Of a DNA stretch of 64,000 nucleotides, positions 1-11,572 are shown in pieces; within the stretch, counting starts at the first letter, position 1, and each line of letters begins with the position of its first letter. A program made the translations under genes and the position numbers. The notes under the pieces were generated by a model, which was given only the letters and a program-made list of their open reading frames with translations, did not search any database and was not told the DNA's origin. This DNA is from Diplonema japonicum (Eukaryota > Protista > Euglenozoa: Diplonemea), in NCBI GenBank assembly GCA_964019335.1, contig OZ025664.1, forward strand, positions 248,001 to 312,000, given 5' to 3'.

Positions 1-2382
1 AAAGCAGGAAAGGCGGGAGCGACCCAGGAGGAAGAAAAAAACCTGAATGAATGGCTAGGAAAGGTAGACGAAATGCAGACGGCAGTAAAGTACCTTCTAT
101 CAGACGATTACACTGACACCGCCGAAGAGCAGGAGGAAAAATCAAAACCAACAGAAAAGGAAGAACCCACTGACGACTACAAGAAGAAAAGGTACACCAG
201 CGACTACACCAGATTTGAAAACGAAGACTTTGTCAAGGAGATGGAACCACGGAAAAAGGAAGCCTCCCCTGTAGTAGCCACAACCCGACCTTCCACAGAC
301 GACCCAAAAAAACTGACAGAATACCTTTGCAAAAAGGAATCTCTGACCTATAAGGAAAAGGGAAACGCCGCTTTCAAATCAGGAAACTACACCGAAGCAG
401 AACACCTCTATTCATCAGGCATCACCCTTGACAGTACCAACCACACCACGCGGAACAACAGAGCTCAAGCAAGACTCAAACTTAGAGACTGGAAAGGCAC
501 GCTTGACGACTGCACCGTTGTCCTCGCCCACGACCCTTTGAACATCAAGGCCATCAAACGTCGGGCCGTTGCCTTGATGGGTCTGCGTCAGTCAGGTAAA
601 GCGTTGGATGACATTGCACAGGCCATCAAATACGAGGGAAGTACCAAAGAGCTTCGGCTCCTCCGTGCCACTGCAACCTCGGAAGCTGCTGAGGAGGCCA
701 AAGTCATCGGTGCCGACCCCACTGTTTTAAACGAAGTGACGGCGTTCCTCACCACCACCACATCGCTTATGGACAGGCTTCGTGTACATGGCCCTGCAAA
801 GCCCGTCGAAGAGGACGACGACACACTCTTCAAGCTGTGCACTGCCCTGCGGGACATGCGCGGTAAAATTCAAACTTGTGATGCGGCGAAGATCCACTTC
901 CGGTGGGAGGGCGGGATTACTGCTATCATTTCGTTCATCAAAGACTTCAAGACAGGTCTGTCAAAGGCCCCTGCGGACGACGGCCCTTCTGAGTGGGACG
1001 TGCTGCCCATTCTGCTGTACGACACGCTCCACGACGTCTTCACAGTCGAGTACAACATGGCGCACAGTGTCGCGGAGGGCCCCCTCTGCTCCGTTCTTGT
1101 CCCGCAGTTAGTCGCGACCTGCGACGGGAGCAAGCTAGCCTCCGTGGCGTCGCTGCGTTTGTTGGTGCGCATCACGGAAGAGCCTGACGTGAGGAGCGAG
1201 ATGCGTAAACACCTGTCGCCGCAGGAGCTCATGAACCTGCCGCATCACGTGAAGGAGGGCGACGACGGTGTTCTGTCGCTGCTGCTGCAGCTTGTTGACA
1301 ACTTGCTGAAGTCAGAGGTGTGGTGTGATGACCTTTCATCACAGCCTCTGCCTGCTTACATCCTGCCGTTGATGCACCACAAGCGGAGCAGGGCCATCAG
1401 AGATGCGGCAGGCGCTGCAGTCATGCGACTCACGACGGACGCCAAGTTCCGGAAGTACCTGACGGAGACCAACCTGAGCCTGCCTTTGAAGTCATCGTCG
1501 TGGGGTGCGTTGACCACCAAGTCGCAGTCCGTTCTGCACTACCTCACGGAGTATCTGAAGGAAGAGGCTGCCACTCTGCAGTCACCGTTCGCCGTCGAGG
1601 CGATCTTGGCATCGCTGTGCAACTGCATGGTCGAAAACGACAAGGGGATCCTGGCTGTGCTGGCAGAGCCGGAGAACATAGCACCGTGCTTGGCGCTGCT
1701 GAAGTCAGACGTTGCTGGGCATGCGAACATCAGGGCGAGGGCACTGGCGTACATCGCGAAGTCCATCAGCGTGAAGAAGGTACATGGGTACTTGAAGGGA
1801 GAGGGCGGTGTGGAGCTGCTACTGAAATACATAAAATTACCCAAAGAGGAGCAAGATAGGGAGTACACGAGACTATGCCAGGAGAACAGTGTTTCAGCAC
1901 TGGGGGCGATGCTGGTGGCAGAAGACGGTGACATGGATGGAGAGGTGGACGAGTTCACAGAGCTGATCCTGAGCACTGAGCCTGTCGTGGAGTCTCTAAA
2001 AAAATACAAAGAGTTGGGCAGCGTACTAGGCAGCTGTTTGGAGGGGGCGGACCGCGTGTGTGGTAATGCGTGCCTGATCCTGTCAGTCTTGTTCAAGCGC
2101 CCTGAGTGGATAGACGCCTTAAGCAAGCAGGGCGGCATGGTCATACCGCTTTTAGATGTTATTAAGAAGAAGCGCTCAGAACAGCGTGATGAGGAGGAAC
2201 ATTGCAGGCTCACGAACACCCCCGTCCCCCTTTTCTCTCTCAATGGCCAAGCTCAGAAGAACGCAGCCATCTCCCTGGCTAGGCTCGCCAAGAACCCCGC
2301 GAATATCGCTGTTTTGAGAGAGAACCAAGGCATCGACATCCTTTCGACAACCTTGAAGTACACCAGCAATCAAGCCGGTTAA
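1..2382 (+). CDS. TPR + armadillo-repeat protein, TTC12-like (5' partial; frame open from base 1)
   Basis: Three TPRs (KEKGNAAFKSGNYTEAEHLYSSGI...) followed by a long ARM-like helical region ending QKNAAISLARLAK; no stop upstream of ATG 73. Confidence 0.75.
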   Translation, partial: KAGKAGATQEEEKNLNEWLGKVDEMQTAVKYLLSDDYTDTAEEQEEKSKPTEKEEPTDDYKKKRYTSDYTRFENEDFVKEMEPRKKEASPVVATTRPSTDDPKKLTEYLCKKESLTYKEKGNAAFKSGNYTEAEHLYSSGITLDSTNHTTRNNRAQARLKLRDWKGTLDDCTVVLAHDPLNIKAIKRRAVALMGLRQSGKALDDIAQAIKYEGSTKELRLLRATATSEAAEEAKVIGADPTVLNEVTAFLTTTTSLMDRLRVHGPAKPVEEDDDTLFKLCTALRDMRGKIQTCDAAKIHFRWEGGITAIISFIKDFKTGLSKAPADDGPSEWDVLPILLYDTLHDVFTVEYNMAHSVAEGPLCSVLVPQLVATCDGSKLASVASLRLLVRITEEPDVRSEMRKHLSPQELMNLPHHVKEGDDGVLSLLLQLVDNLLKSEVWCDDLSSQPLPAYILPLMHHKRSRAIRDAAGAAVMRLTTDAKFRKYLTETNLSLPLKSSSWGALTTKSQSVLHYLTEYLKEEAATLQSPFAVEAILASLCNCMVENDKGILAVLAEPENIAPCLALLKSDVAGHANIRARALAYIAKSISVKKVHGYLKGEGGVELLLKYIKLPKEEQDREYTRLCQENSVSALGAMLVAEDGDMDGEVDEFTELILSTEPVVESLKKYKELGSVLGSCLEGADRVCGNACLILSVLFKRPEWIDALSKQGGMVIPLLDVIKKKRSEQRDEEEHCRLTNTPVPLFSLNGQAQKNAAISLARLAKNPANIAVLRENQGIDILSTTLKYTSNQAG

Positions 2383-2663
2383 GAATATTTTTTTCCCTCC
2401 GTAATTTTCTTTTTTTCTTCCTCCTCTCCCCCCCCGTTTAGTTTTAATTTTTTTATTTACAAAACAAAAACCACTAAACCACTATAAAAAAAAAAAAAAA
2501 AAAAAAAAGGAGGGGAAACAAAAAAATCGTGCTGGTGTGTGTGTGTGGCGGGGGTTGGGTTAGAACCATGTTGAGTCGGAATAGTTAGCTAAGTTTTTTT
2601 TTTAAACGAGAGGAGAAACAATATATATATATATATATATATATATTCCATTTATATATATAA

Positions 2664-4374
2664 ATGGAAAGAGTAGAAGACGATGTCGAGGGGATCAGCT
2701 ACACGTTCCCAAACCCGCTGAACCCGGAGCAGCAAAGAGCAAACAACGAGAACGGGAAACCGACATTCCACGTACCCGATGCACAATACGTTGAAATGAC
2801 CGAGGTAGTCGAAACGGGTTCAAAGGGCCGTCGGTACTCAAGGATAACAGAGCTGAGCAAAAGGGTAAGCGCGGCAATGGGTACGATGCTGGAGTCGCAG
2901 CTTATAGAAACAAAAATTAACAACGACGCTTTCACGAACATTATCCGTCCCGGGACATGGGTTCGCGTAATTTATAACTCAACAGTTGTACTCCTCATGT
3001 TCGTGCTGTTTTGGGACAGCACATGGGGCTGCTTGGAACCGACCGACAACAACTATCGAATTGTTTTTGATGCTGCGATTTTAACAGTCTTTTTCATCGA
3101 TTTTTCAATCATGTTTGTAACCCCAATATACGACACTGCTTCGTGCACGTGGATAACTAACACCCATTCAATATCCGATCAGTACCTAAACAGCAAGCTC
3201 TTCGCAATCGACGCCGCTTCCATCGTCCCTATCGAAATACTGTCTCTTATAATCGGACATCCTGATTATCTAAGGCCGTATCATGTTCTAAGGCTTTTGA
3301 GGTGTATGGTGAAGCTGTGCAAGGGGAACCATTATGTGACGGTGTCGTCGTCGTTCCCGGGAACAGCGTCGGTGCACGCGGCGAAGATATCATTGATCAA
3401 GGTTATGTTTCTGGTTTTTTGGACGCTGCTCCCGCTTCACTTCTTCACCATCGCGACAATGGCGATTCGTGAGGCTGGGAACGAGACTAAACTCCGTTAC
3501 ACCACCGCACTATACTGGGTCGTCTACACCGTAACTTCAGTGGGCTACGGCGACGTAGAAGTTGTCTCCCGATCGCAAATGATATGGGCAGTCATTTTAA
3601 TGCTAGCGGGTACTGTAGTGCTTGGCGTCCTTATTGGTTGGTTGGGTGTAATGGTTCAAAAACAAGATCAAGTGAAATCAGATATACAACGTTCCACCGC
3701 TGAAATGGCGTCTCTATTGGACCATTACTGCATACCCACAGCGATTCGAAGCGAGATTCTTTCATTTTATCTACACTACCTGGAAAACCACGCGTATGAG
3801 AAACACGAACAAGCGGTGATGATGCTCCCGCCTAGGATGAGAAGCAACATCTCACTGTTCATTAAAATGAAGCTCATACAAAGCGTTCCACTGTTCAAAC
3901 AGATTTCCGTGGAGTGTCAGATGCTTCTCGTCCCCGCTTTAGAACAAGAAATCGTCGAGCCCAACACTATCATAACAGAGTTAGGTGCAGACGTGGCAGA
4001 GATATTCTTTTTAGTTCATGGAACCATCCAAGCTTCTAAGCTGGGAACGCTCCCTATTGTATACGGCAAAGGGGATTTCTTCGGAGCGGAGGAGTTGCTG
4101 TGGGACCAAACATCTAGGTACACCACAAGGTCGCAGTCTTACTGTGATCTGTTCTCGTTGGTGAAGGAAGACTTTGTGGCGCTGTGTTTGCAGTTTACCG
4201 ATTTTGAATCTGCGATTCTGTCGAACTTACCGGAGGACGTCATAAAACGAAACGGGTCCACACGGGTGTCATCAAGCCATGAAAAGACCAAGCAATCCTC
4301 AATGCAAATCAACCTAAATCTCGGAGCCTTCGCATCTGACATGCACTCCACAGGTACTTACTCGGTATGATGGG

Positions 4375-4406
<32 letters not shown>

Positions 4407-4773
4407 CCATGCCATTCCGAGCAGCAGCAGCAGAAACCTGCGGCGGGAGCCAGCAAGCGGCAGTTCCTCCTCTCACCCGAATCAAATGAAGACGAACCGA
4501 TGCGGAGAGGTGCTTCTGTGAGAAGCAGAAAGCTTCTGGACATCGATGCCGACGACCGGATCAACCAGAGGTTCGGCGTTGAAACCGGATTCGAAAAACA
4601 TTTTGATAGAATAGAAGACAGTATGGGAGAACAAAAAAAAAAAAAAAAAGAAAGAGAACACCACCTTCACAGAGCTTCATCTCCTGACCAACGCGATATT
4701 GAGAATGGATCACAAAGTCGATCAGTATGCTGCATGCTTGTCTCTCGAAACCATGAAACAGATTAGTCGTTGA
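2664..4773 (+). CDS. Cyclic-nucleotide-binding K+ channel (KCNH/CNG/plant Shaker-like); introns 4365-4406 and 4621-4672
   Basis: 6 TM segments, pore TVTSVGYGD, C-linker and cNMP-binding domain (GDFFG). Two GT..poly(A)..AG introns extend the frame to TGA 4771-4773. Confidence 0.85.
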
Positions 4774-5050
4774 TCACTCTACCCCTCAGAGACATACCAG
4801 TGATTTCCAGGTGTTCAAGAAAGCTACTAAAGCGCGTAAGGTGAGTAATAACTCGGTTTGTGTTTTTTGTAGCTTTGTAGGAAAAGCACCAGGAAGTGGG
4901 GTGCCACCTCCTAGACCTCATTGCCGAGGCTGAACCCGGTTTTTTTGTGCTCCCGGTCACACCCTGAGGCGCAGTCGAAGTCCACAGGCGTCAATTCAGA
5001 AGGGCCCGCGTCAATGCAAGCTATATATATATATATAAGCCACTTAAGCC

Positions 5051-5392
5051 ATGTACTACACCCCCTTTTTTTTGACCAAAAAAAAAAAAGAAGAAAAAAA
5101 TCTATTTCCGACCGATTCTGGGCACTTTTGATCACCTGCGGGGCATCATTTTGCATTTTTAAAAAAAGGTGACCACGGTTTGGTACCTGGCCTGTTGTGT
5201 CATCTGAATTTTTCTGAAAACTTAGAATTTGACATGGTTTGTACCTCCTTTTGCAAATATTTCAGGCACCAAACCGTGGTACAGTGTTATCAAAAAATAC
5301 AAACAAAGCATTAACATGTGCTCAGAAGTGCCCTAATTCGGCGGATTTTGATTATTTTTTTTTTGTGGTCATTTTGGAGGGTATTGGGTGGT
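5051..5392. mobile_element. Foldback/MITE-like long imperfect inverted repeat
   Basis: ACCACGGTTTGGTACCTG vs CAGGCACCAAACCGTGGT and GGGCACTT vs AAGTGCCC arms; the left arm recurs at ~24247-24372. Confidence 0.65.
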
Positions 5393-6007
5393 TTTTTTTT
5401 TTTTTTTTTTTTAAAAATCACAGGAAGCCTCGCCTCTCACTCCAGCGATGAGCGTCTGCATGAGCGAGAGGTGAACTATACTACCTTTTTACGTGTTCAT
5501 CTTTTTTTTTTCTTTGATAAATAGGGGGGGCAGGGGAGCTTATCCACCGTAGCTTTCCAGCTATGAATTGTTTATTATTATTTTTCTCTCTTTTTCTTTT
5601 CTTCCCCCCCCCCCCCCCCCCCCCCTTCCCTTCATTGTTTGCCTGTATAGATGTTCAAATCGTAGGCAAGAAGAGACCCAGCCTGACTGCCCCATGGAGT
5701 CTCAGCTCACCTCTTAGCAAGAGGTTTCTTCGCTCGTGCTACCAACGCACGACCACCATAGATTAACATGCTCTCTTTTTTTTTTTTTTCTTTTTTTTTT
5801 CTTTGTCTACTAAGGGAGAAAAAGAGAAAAAAAAAGAAAAGAGAAAAGAAGAAACAAAAAAGAAAATACTCGTGGGCGAGCGCAGCAAGCCAATTTTTTC
5901 TAAGGGCTTAAACTGCGCTCAAAACAAGCCTGCTAGAAAATATTTTTTTTTCTTCTTTCGTATTAATCCTTAGTTTTCTTCCCATCGGCTTGGCATGCAG
6001 AATCGGA

Positions 6008-6038
<31 letters not shown>

Positions 6039-6310
6039 GAAGGAAAAAAAAAAATTATTAATGATAATAAGAGAAGAAGAAGAAGAAGAAGAAGAAGAAA
6101 ATACCCGGAACTAAGAAAGCCAAAACCAAAAAAAAAAAAATTCACGCAAATGAAAGTAAAGAGTAATTCTCTTTTTCTTCTTCTTTTTTTTTTTCTACCT
6201 CCCCTACCTCAACACCCTCTACATGCTTCTTCTTTTTCTTCTTCTTCTTTTCTATTTCTCCTTTTTTTTTCTCCGAAGAAAAAAAAAAAAAAAAAAAACA
6301 CACACACTTT

Positions 6311-6348
<38 letters not shown>

Positions 6349-6387
6349 CACACAACAAAAAAAAAGAACACCAATCCACGATGACAA

Positions 6388-7695
6388 ATGACGAATGAGG
6401 GCCCCGGCAGTGTGGGGTCGGTAGGAGGGTACAGCCAGCCAGAGGAGCGCGTGTTGAGACCGATGAAGAGGGTGTGTGCAAGATTGGTCGAGAAAGTTAC
6501 ACAGACAACCCTAGTAGTGAAATACTTGAGGTTTTGGATCACCTACCACAAGGCAACCACCCACATAAGAAAATACAGCCTGCTGAGGTTTCTCATTGAT
6601 TCACGGCAAGTGTCCACTGGCGGGGCGACAAAAATCTGTTGGGTTCCAAGCTGTTCAAGGCGATCGTTCCTGTTCGTGTTGTACCCTTCCCCATCTCGTG
6701 CAGTCGATACTTCTGGTTGGTTGTGGTCAGGCATCCGCGAGTTCGCTTCCTACCTTCTCTTAACAGGCCGTGACGTGTACGAGCTCCCCGAAGGCACCTC
6801 AAAAGGTGTCATCCTTTACGAAATACCGTTCGATAATATAGTGGGAATGGATTACAGTAACAACCTAACAGCCGATGGGAGGTGGGCCATTGAAACAAAG
6901 GAAGTGTTGAAATGGCATTTTCAATGCGATACCGATCTATTTGACTTCGTCTCCGGCAGTACATCACAGTACGTTCTCGTGGTGCTGGCTGCGGTCTGCG
7001 CTGTGTCGCCGCCGTCCCACCGGTATTTACGGCTTTTACCGCAGGAGTCTCCTTGGGTTGCAGCGTGTCTGTCAGCACCATCCCCTGTTTCTACTGAAAC
7101 GCCTGTTGCTGCAGTGACGATAAGGACGAACATGGTGGTGCTATATTTTGATGATGAGTCAGCTCCACTGCTACCCGGCTCGCTGTGGAACATTCTCAAG
7201 GACAAGAAACACGAGGTCCAGCTGAAACAAGTTGAATCGGGGCTCCCGTCTTGGGCCATGTTTCTTCCTCAGAAGAATATCTATTACAGAACATGGTGTG
7301 TGTTTGTGTTTAAAAAAAAAAAAAAATAATAATAATAATAATACAGGCTTCGAACCATTGTGCAAACCATCGCGATTGTCTGGCCCATCATCACGCTTAT
7401 CGCAGCCCTCATAGACCTGTACCGGTCTTTTGAAACCATACGTACTCTCACCGCGAACATCGCGGCTATCTTTGACGCTTTGTACGATCAGATCTGCGTT
7501 GTTGTTGTGCTCATTCGGGGCTTCTTGTGGAGCCTTGTCCAACCCATCGTGAACTCGGTGTGGGTGATGCTGAGCGACTGGTCCCGCGGAACCGTGCTGT
7601 CCGTGTGCGCGCACATAAACTTCGTGTTCGGGTGGTTTTGGGAGTATTTGTATTGGTTTTGGGACATATTAACCGCTATTCCTGTATTCTCGTAT

Positions 7696-7731
<36 letters not shown>

Positions 7732-8875
7732 TCTTGCGGAAACAAAGGCGTACTTTGTGTCGATGTTGCTGCCGTACTTCGCAGACCTGTTCACTGCAAT
7801 ATCGTCTGCGTTACGGTTATGGTTGCAAGTCATATCCAACGCGTGGAAGGTACTTTCCGGGTCGATGGTGGCTGTCCTCCGCGTGGTGGGCAGCGTGGCC
7901 AGAGTCCCGAAATGGTTCGCCAACACCATCAAATCCATCTTCGACGCTTTCAAAGCAGCCTGGCTCATGCTCCGCCACGTGGTGACTGCGGTAAACTGGT
8001 CAACCGCAGGAAAAGGCGTATCCCAAACCGCCGATCATGCTGTAAGATGGACTATGATAAACTCCGCAAGACAGGCCATTACCGGTGTCGTGTCAAGAAC
8101 ATGGAACCTCACCATCTTTATCGGAACGGAGATCAGCAAGCATTGGGTGACGTGGGTGCACCGTCCCTTCACAACTGTCCTGGAATGGTTTTACACAAAC
8201 TGGGACATACCCGTCGCCGCATCTGTTGCATTGCCGCTGTTCGGGGTCGTGTCGCATCTCTTCTACATTCCTTCTGAGAACCATGAGATCATCGACATCT
8301 TTGTGTACAGTCTCTGCTGTGTTGTTGTAAGGCTAGCATGGCCGTTGTTGAACGGGCTGAAATCGGTTGTAGTTGACATGCAGTTCCTGAAGGGCTCGTT
8401 AAGCGTGTTCATTGCCGTCATTGCGTGGCATGAAGCACGCGCGATCCCCAAAGAAAGACAGTCGAACGAAGGTTTACTGATCCTGGCGTTGATATTCACA
8501 GGTGGGTTGCTGTGGAGCAGTATTGTTCGGGCGGTAGAGTGGATTCACAGCGAGCACGCGAAACGTACCTCGCGGGCATCTACTCCGCCTAGTCTGTCGA
8601 GCCATGCTAGCACCCCACCACCTTTATGTATCCAGCAGGATGAGGGTGTTATGAGCATTCCAAGGGCACGTACTGCTGAACATTATTCCTCAGTCACCTT
8701 GCGCAGGCAGCACAGTGGTCGTAAGCGGTCCCGTGATGACCTTGAGTCTATGGACTACCAGCCAAGCTTCGATGGGACTTTAAGTTGGTCAGCACCTGAA
8801 CCACCTTTGTCGGTCCCTTATGTCTATCTTTCTGAGGTGCGGAATTGTTCATTTCCTTCATGGGAATCGACGTGA
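6388..8875 (+). CDS. Multi-pass membrane protein of unknown function; introns 7296-7346 and 7692-7728
   Basis: ORFs 6388, 7360 and 7694 join in frame on removing two GT-poly(A)-AG introns; several hydrophobic segments. Confidence 0.7.
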
Positions 8876-9389
8876 ACGTGAACGAGAAAAAGAAAAAAAA
8901 GGGGGGGTATTTATAAGTTTTTTGTTGTCCTTGCCCCCTCCCACCTTTTTTTTTTTTTAACATTGGTCCTTACCAAAAAAAAAAACGGAGGGAGGGAGGG
9001 GGTGAGGAGACAGTTTATCGAGGGCGGCTACCCCCTGGATGCATGTTTTTTTTTTCTCCCCCTCCGGCTTTTTATTTTTATTTTATTTAGGCGACTGTCT
9101 CGTCGTTATGCGGGGGGTTTTTTTTTATTTTTATTTTTTTTTTTATTGAGGGCAGCCCTCCATGAGGGGGTTTGTCCTGCACTTTGAGTTTTATTTATTT
9201 GTTTTTTTTTTGTGTAGTTATCAAAAAAAGGATGCTGGTAATGTGTACCATTAGAATATGTGTACAGACAAAGAATGAGGTGCCAATTCTTTTTTGGGAG
9301 GGCAGCAGGGACCAAAGGTCTTCGGGCCTAGGTCTCAAGGTGTTTGACGCCACCTCCCCCTCAGCGAGTCAAAGTAAGAGGAACTGAAG

Positions 9390-9425
<36 letters not shown>

Positions 9426-10079
9426 GTTCCTAACCTCGCAGTTTTAAGCTTCGTTTTTAGTAGGAGAGACCTTTCCTCTCCTTGCGCGGCTCAATTTTTT
9501 TTTTTTTCCCTTCCAGGAACGTACAGGATGTGAAATAAGTAGACTAATAAGGAAGAAACAAAATGAGGGGTGGGTAGAAAGAACAATAACGCCACACATT
9601 CAAATCAATGGCTAACTTGTTTGATCCAGTTTTTCTTCTTTTTTGGGGAGTGCTATTATTCCCTGGTTTTTTTGGGGGGGTAGGAGTAGGGTCGATGATG
9701 GAAAAAAAAAAAAAAAAAACACCTCTTGCATTTCTATGTTTAACTTTTTTTATTTTTTCCTCTTTTTTTTTTCCCCTCAAAAAAAATTCACAAGAGGACG
9801 GGAAAGAAAAAAAAAAAGAGGAATGCAAAAAAAAAATAAAAATAATAACTCCTTCTCTCCTTCCATTGTATGAATAGCCCCCCCCCCCCCCCCCTTTCCT
9901 AAAGGTCCCAGACCGCCATTTTTTTCATTTTTCTTGTTTTGATTTCTTCTTCCCCCCCCGCCCCAACTCCAATTCATTGTTTCAGTATTTTTTTTTGTAT
10001 GAGAATACACATTAGAAACCGGAAATACAAAATAAAACAAAAAAAAAGGGAGCCTTTTCTTTAAAAATAAAAGAAGTGG

Positions 10080-11306
10080 ATGATCCGGCCCTTAAGAGGG
10101 ACAGCAAGATTTTTTTTCGTGTGTAAAATGACACAAGCGGGCCAAAAGAGAACAACAAGCACGGTGGTGGGAAATGGAAAGAAGCAGTGTGTTGCGGAGC
10201 AGAAAATACACCCTTTTTTCAAAAAGGTAGCTTCCACACCACCAACCACCCCTGCTAGAGCAGACAATGACATCAAAACACCGTTGACCAAAAGCGTCAG
10301 TTTTTCCGGAGCTAATGATGAAGAAGGGACCACGACACCATTGACCAAAGGTGCAAGTTTTTCATCTGCGAGATGCGCCGACGATTTAGAGAGAATGGAG
10401 AGTAACACCACAAACCAAACCGAAGAAGGGACCGACGAAGAATCTGAATATTCACTCTCAGAAGAGGAAGAAGAACTCGCGAAAACAGAAGCAGCACACG
10501 AACTCTGGCAGCACCTGACAGACCCAGGATGGCGTCGACACCTTTCCGCAGAACGTGATAAAGATTACTTCAGAGATCTCGCATTGAAGGTAAAGCGCGA
10601 ACGTAAAAAGCAGCCTATATACCCACCCGAAGAAGATGTTTTTTCCGCTTTCAACTTAACCCCGTTTGATGATGTTAAGGTTGTTATCTTGGGGCAGGAT
10701 CCTTACCACGGTCCTGAGCAAGCCCACGGGCTTTGCTTCTCGGTCTTACCGGGGATTAAACCCCCGCCGAGCTTGAAGAATATTTATAAAGAATTAAGCG
10801 CTGATTTACAATGGTTCACCCCGCCTTCTCACGGGTATCTTTTACCCTGGGCGGCTCAGGGGGTTCTGATGACGAACGCAACGTTAACCGTTCGAAAGAA
10901 ACAAGCTAATTCTCACGCAAAATTCGGCTGGCAAATATTCACAAGCACGGCGATAAGAACTCTAAGCGAGGAGCGGTCCGACATCGTATTTTTACTCTGG
11001 GGCGGTTTCGCGCAGAAGAAGGGTGCCTCCATCTGCACCGAGAAGCACGTTGTCCTGAAAACATTCCATCCCTCCCCTCTCAGCGTGACTAAATGGAGGG
11101 GATGCAGGGTGTTCTCGAAGGCGAACAAGGCTCTTAAAAAACTTTGTAAATCGCCTATAGATTGGAGGCTGCCCACAGATCCCAACGGGACACTGGAAGC
11201 CATGGAAATCGTTGTGGAAGAGGAAGCGGTTGAAGAGGAGGAAGAGAGCAAGAAAGAACCTGAAGAAGAAAAGAAAACAGAGACAACACCAGACACCAAA
11301 GAATGA
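10080..11306 (+). CDS. UNG: Uracil-DNA glycosylase, family 1
   Basis: GQDPYH, PPPSLKNIYKEL, FLLWG and HPSPLS motifs; second in-frame ATG at 10128. Confidence 0.95.
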   Translation: MIRPLRGTARFFFVCKMTQAGQKRTTSTVVGNGKKQCVAEQKIHPFFKKVASTPPTTPARADNDIKTPLTKSVSFSGANDEEGTTTPLTKGASFSSARCADDLERMESNTTNQTEEGTDEESEYSLSEEEEELAKTEAAHELWQHLTDPGWRRHLSAERDKDYFRDLALKVKRERKKQPIYPPEEDVFSAFNLTPFDDVKVVILGQDPYHGPEQAHGLCFSVLPGIKPPPSLKNIYKELSADLQWFTPPSHGYLLPWAAQGVLMTNATLTVRKKQANSHAKFGWQIFTSTAIRTLSEERSDIVFLLWGGFAQKKGASICTEKHVVLKTFHPSPLSVTKWRGCRVFSKANKALKKLCKSPIDWRLPTDPNGTLEAMEIVVEEEAVEEEEESKKEPEEEKKTETTPDTKE

Positions 11307-11572
11307 AAAGAGGGAGGGGAAAAAAAAAAAAAAAATAATACAACGATTGACCGTTGTTGATACTGTATTGGATTTGATTTTTTTTTACCCCCCCCCCCCC
11401 CCCCCCCCCCCCTGTGTAGATTTTATTTCATTTTTTTTATGTCGATGTTTGACACACCCGTTGATAAAAAAAAAATTTTTAAAAAAAAAGTTGGGAGAGA
11501 AAGCGGAGAGGGGGGAGGAGGGAATCTTTTTCAACAAAAAAAAAAAAAAAAAAAAAACAACAACAACAAGAA

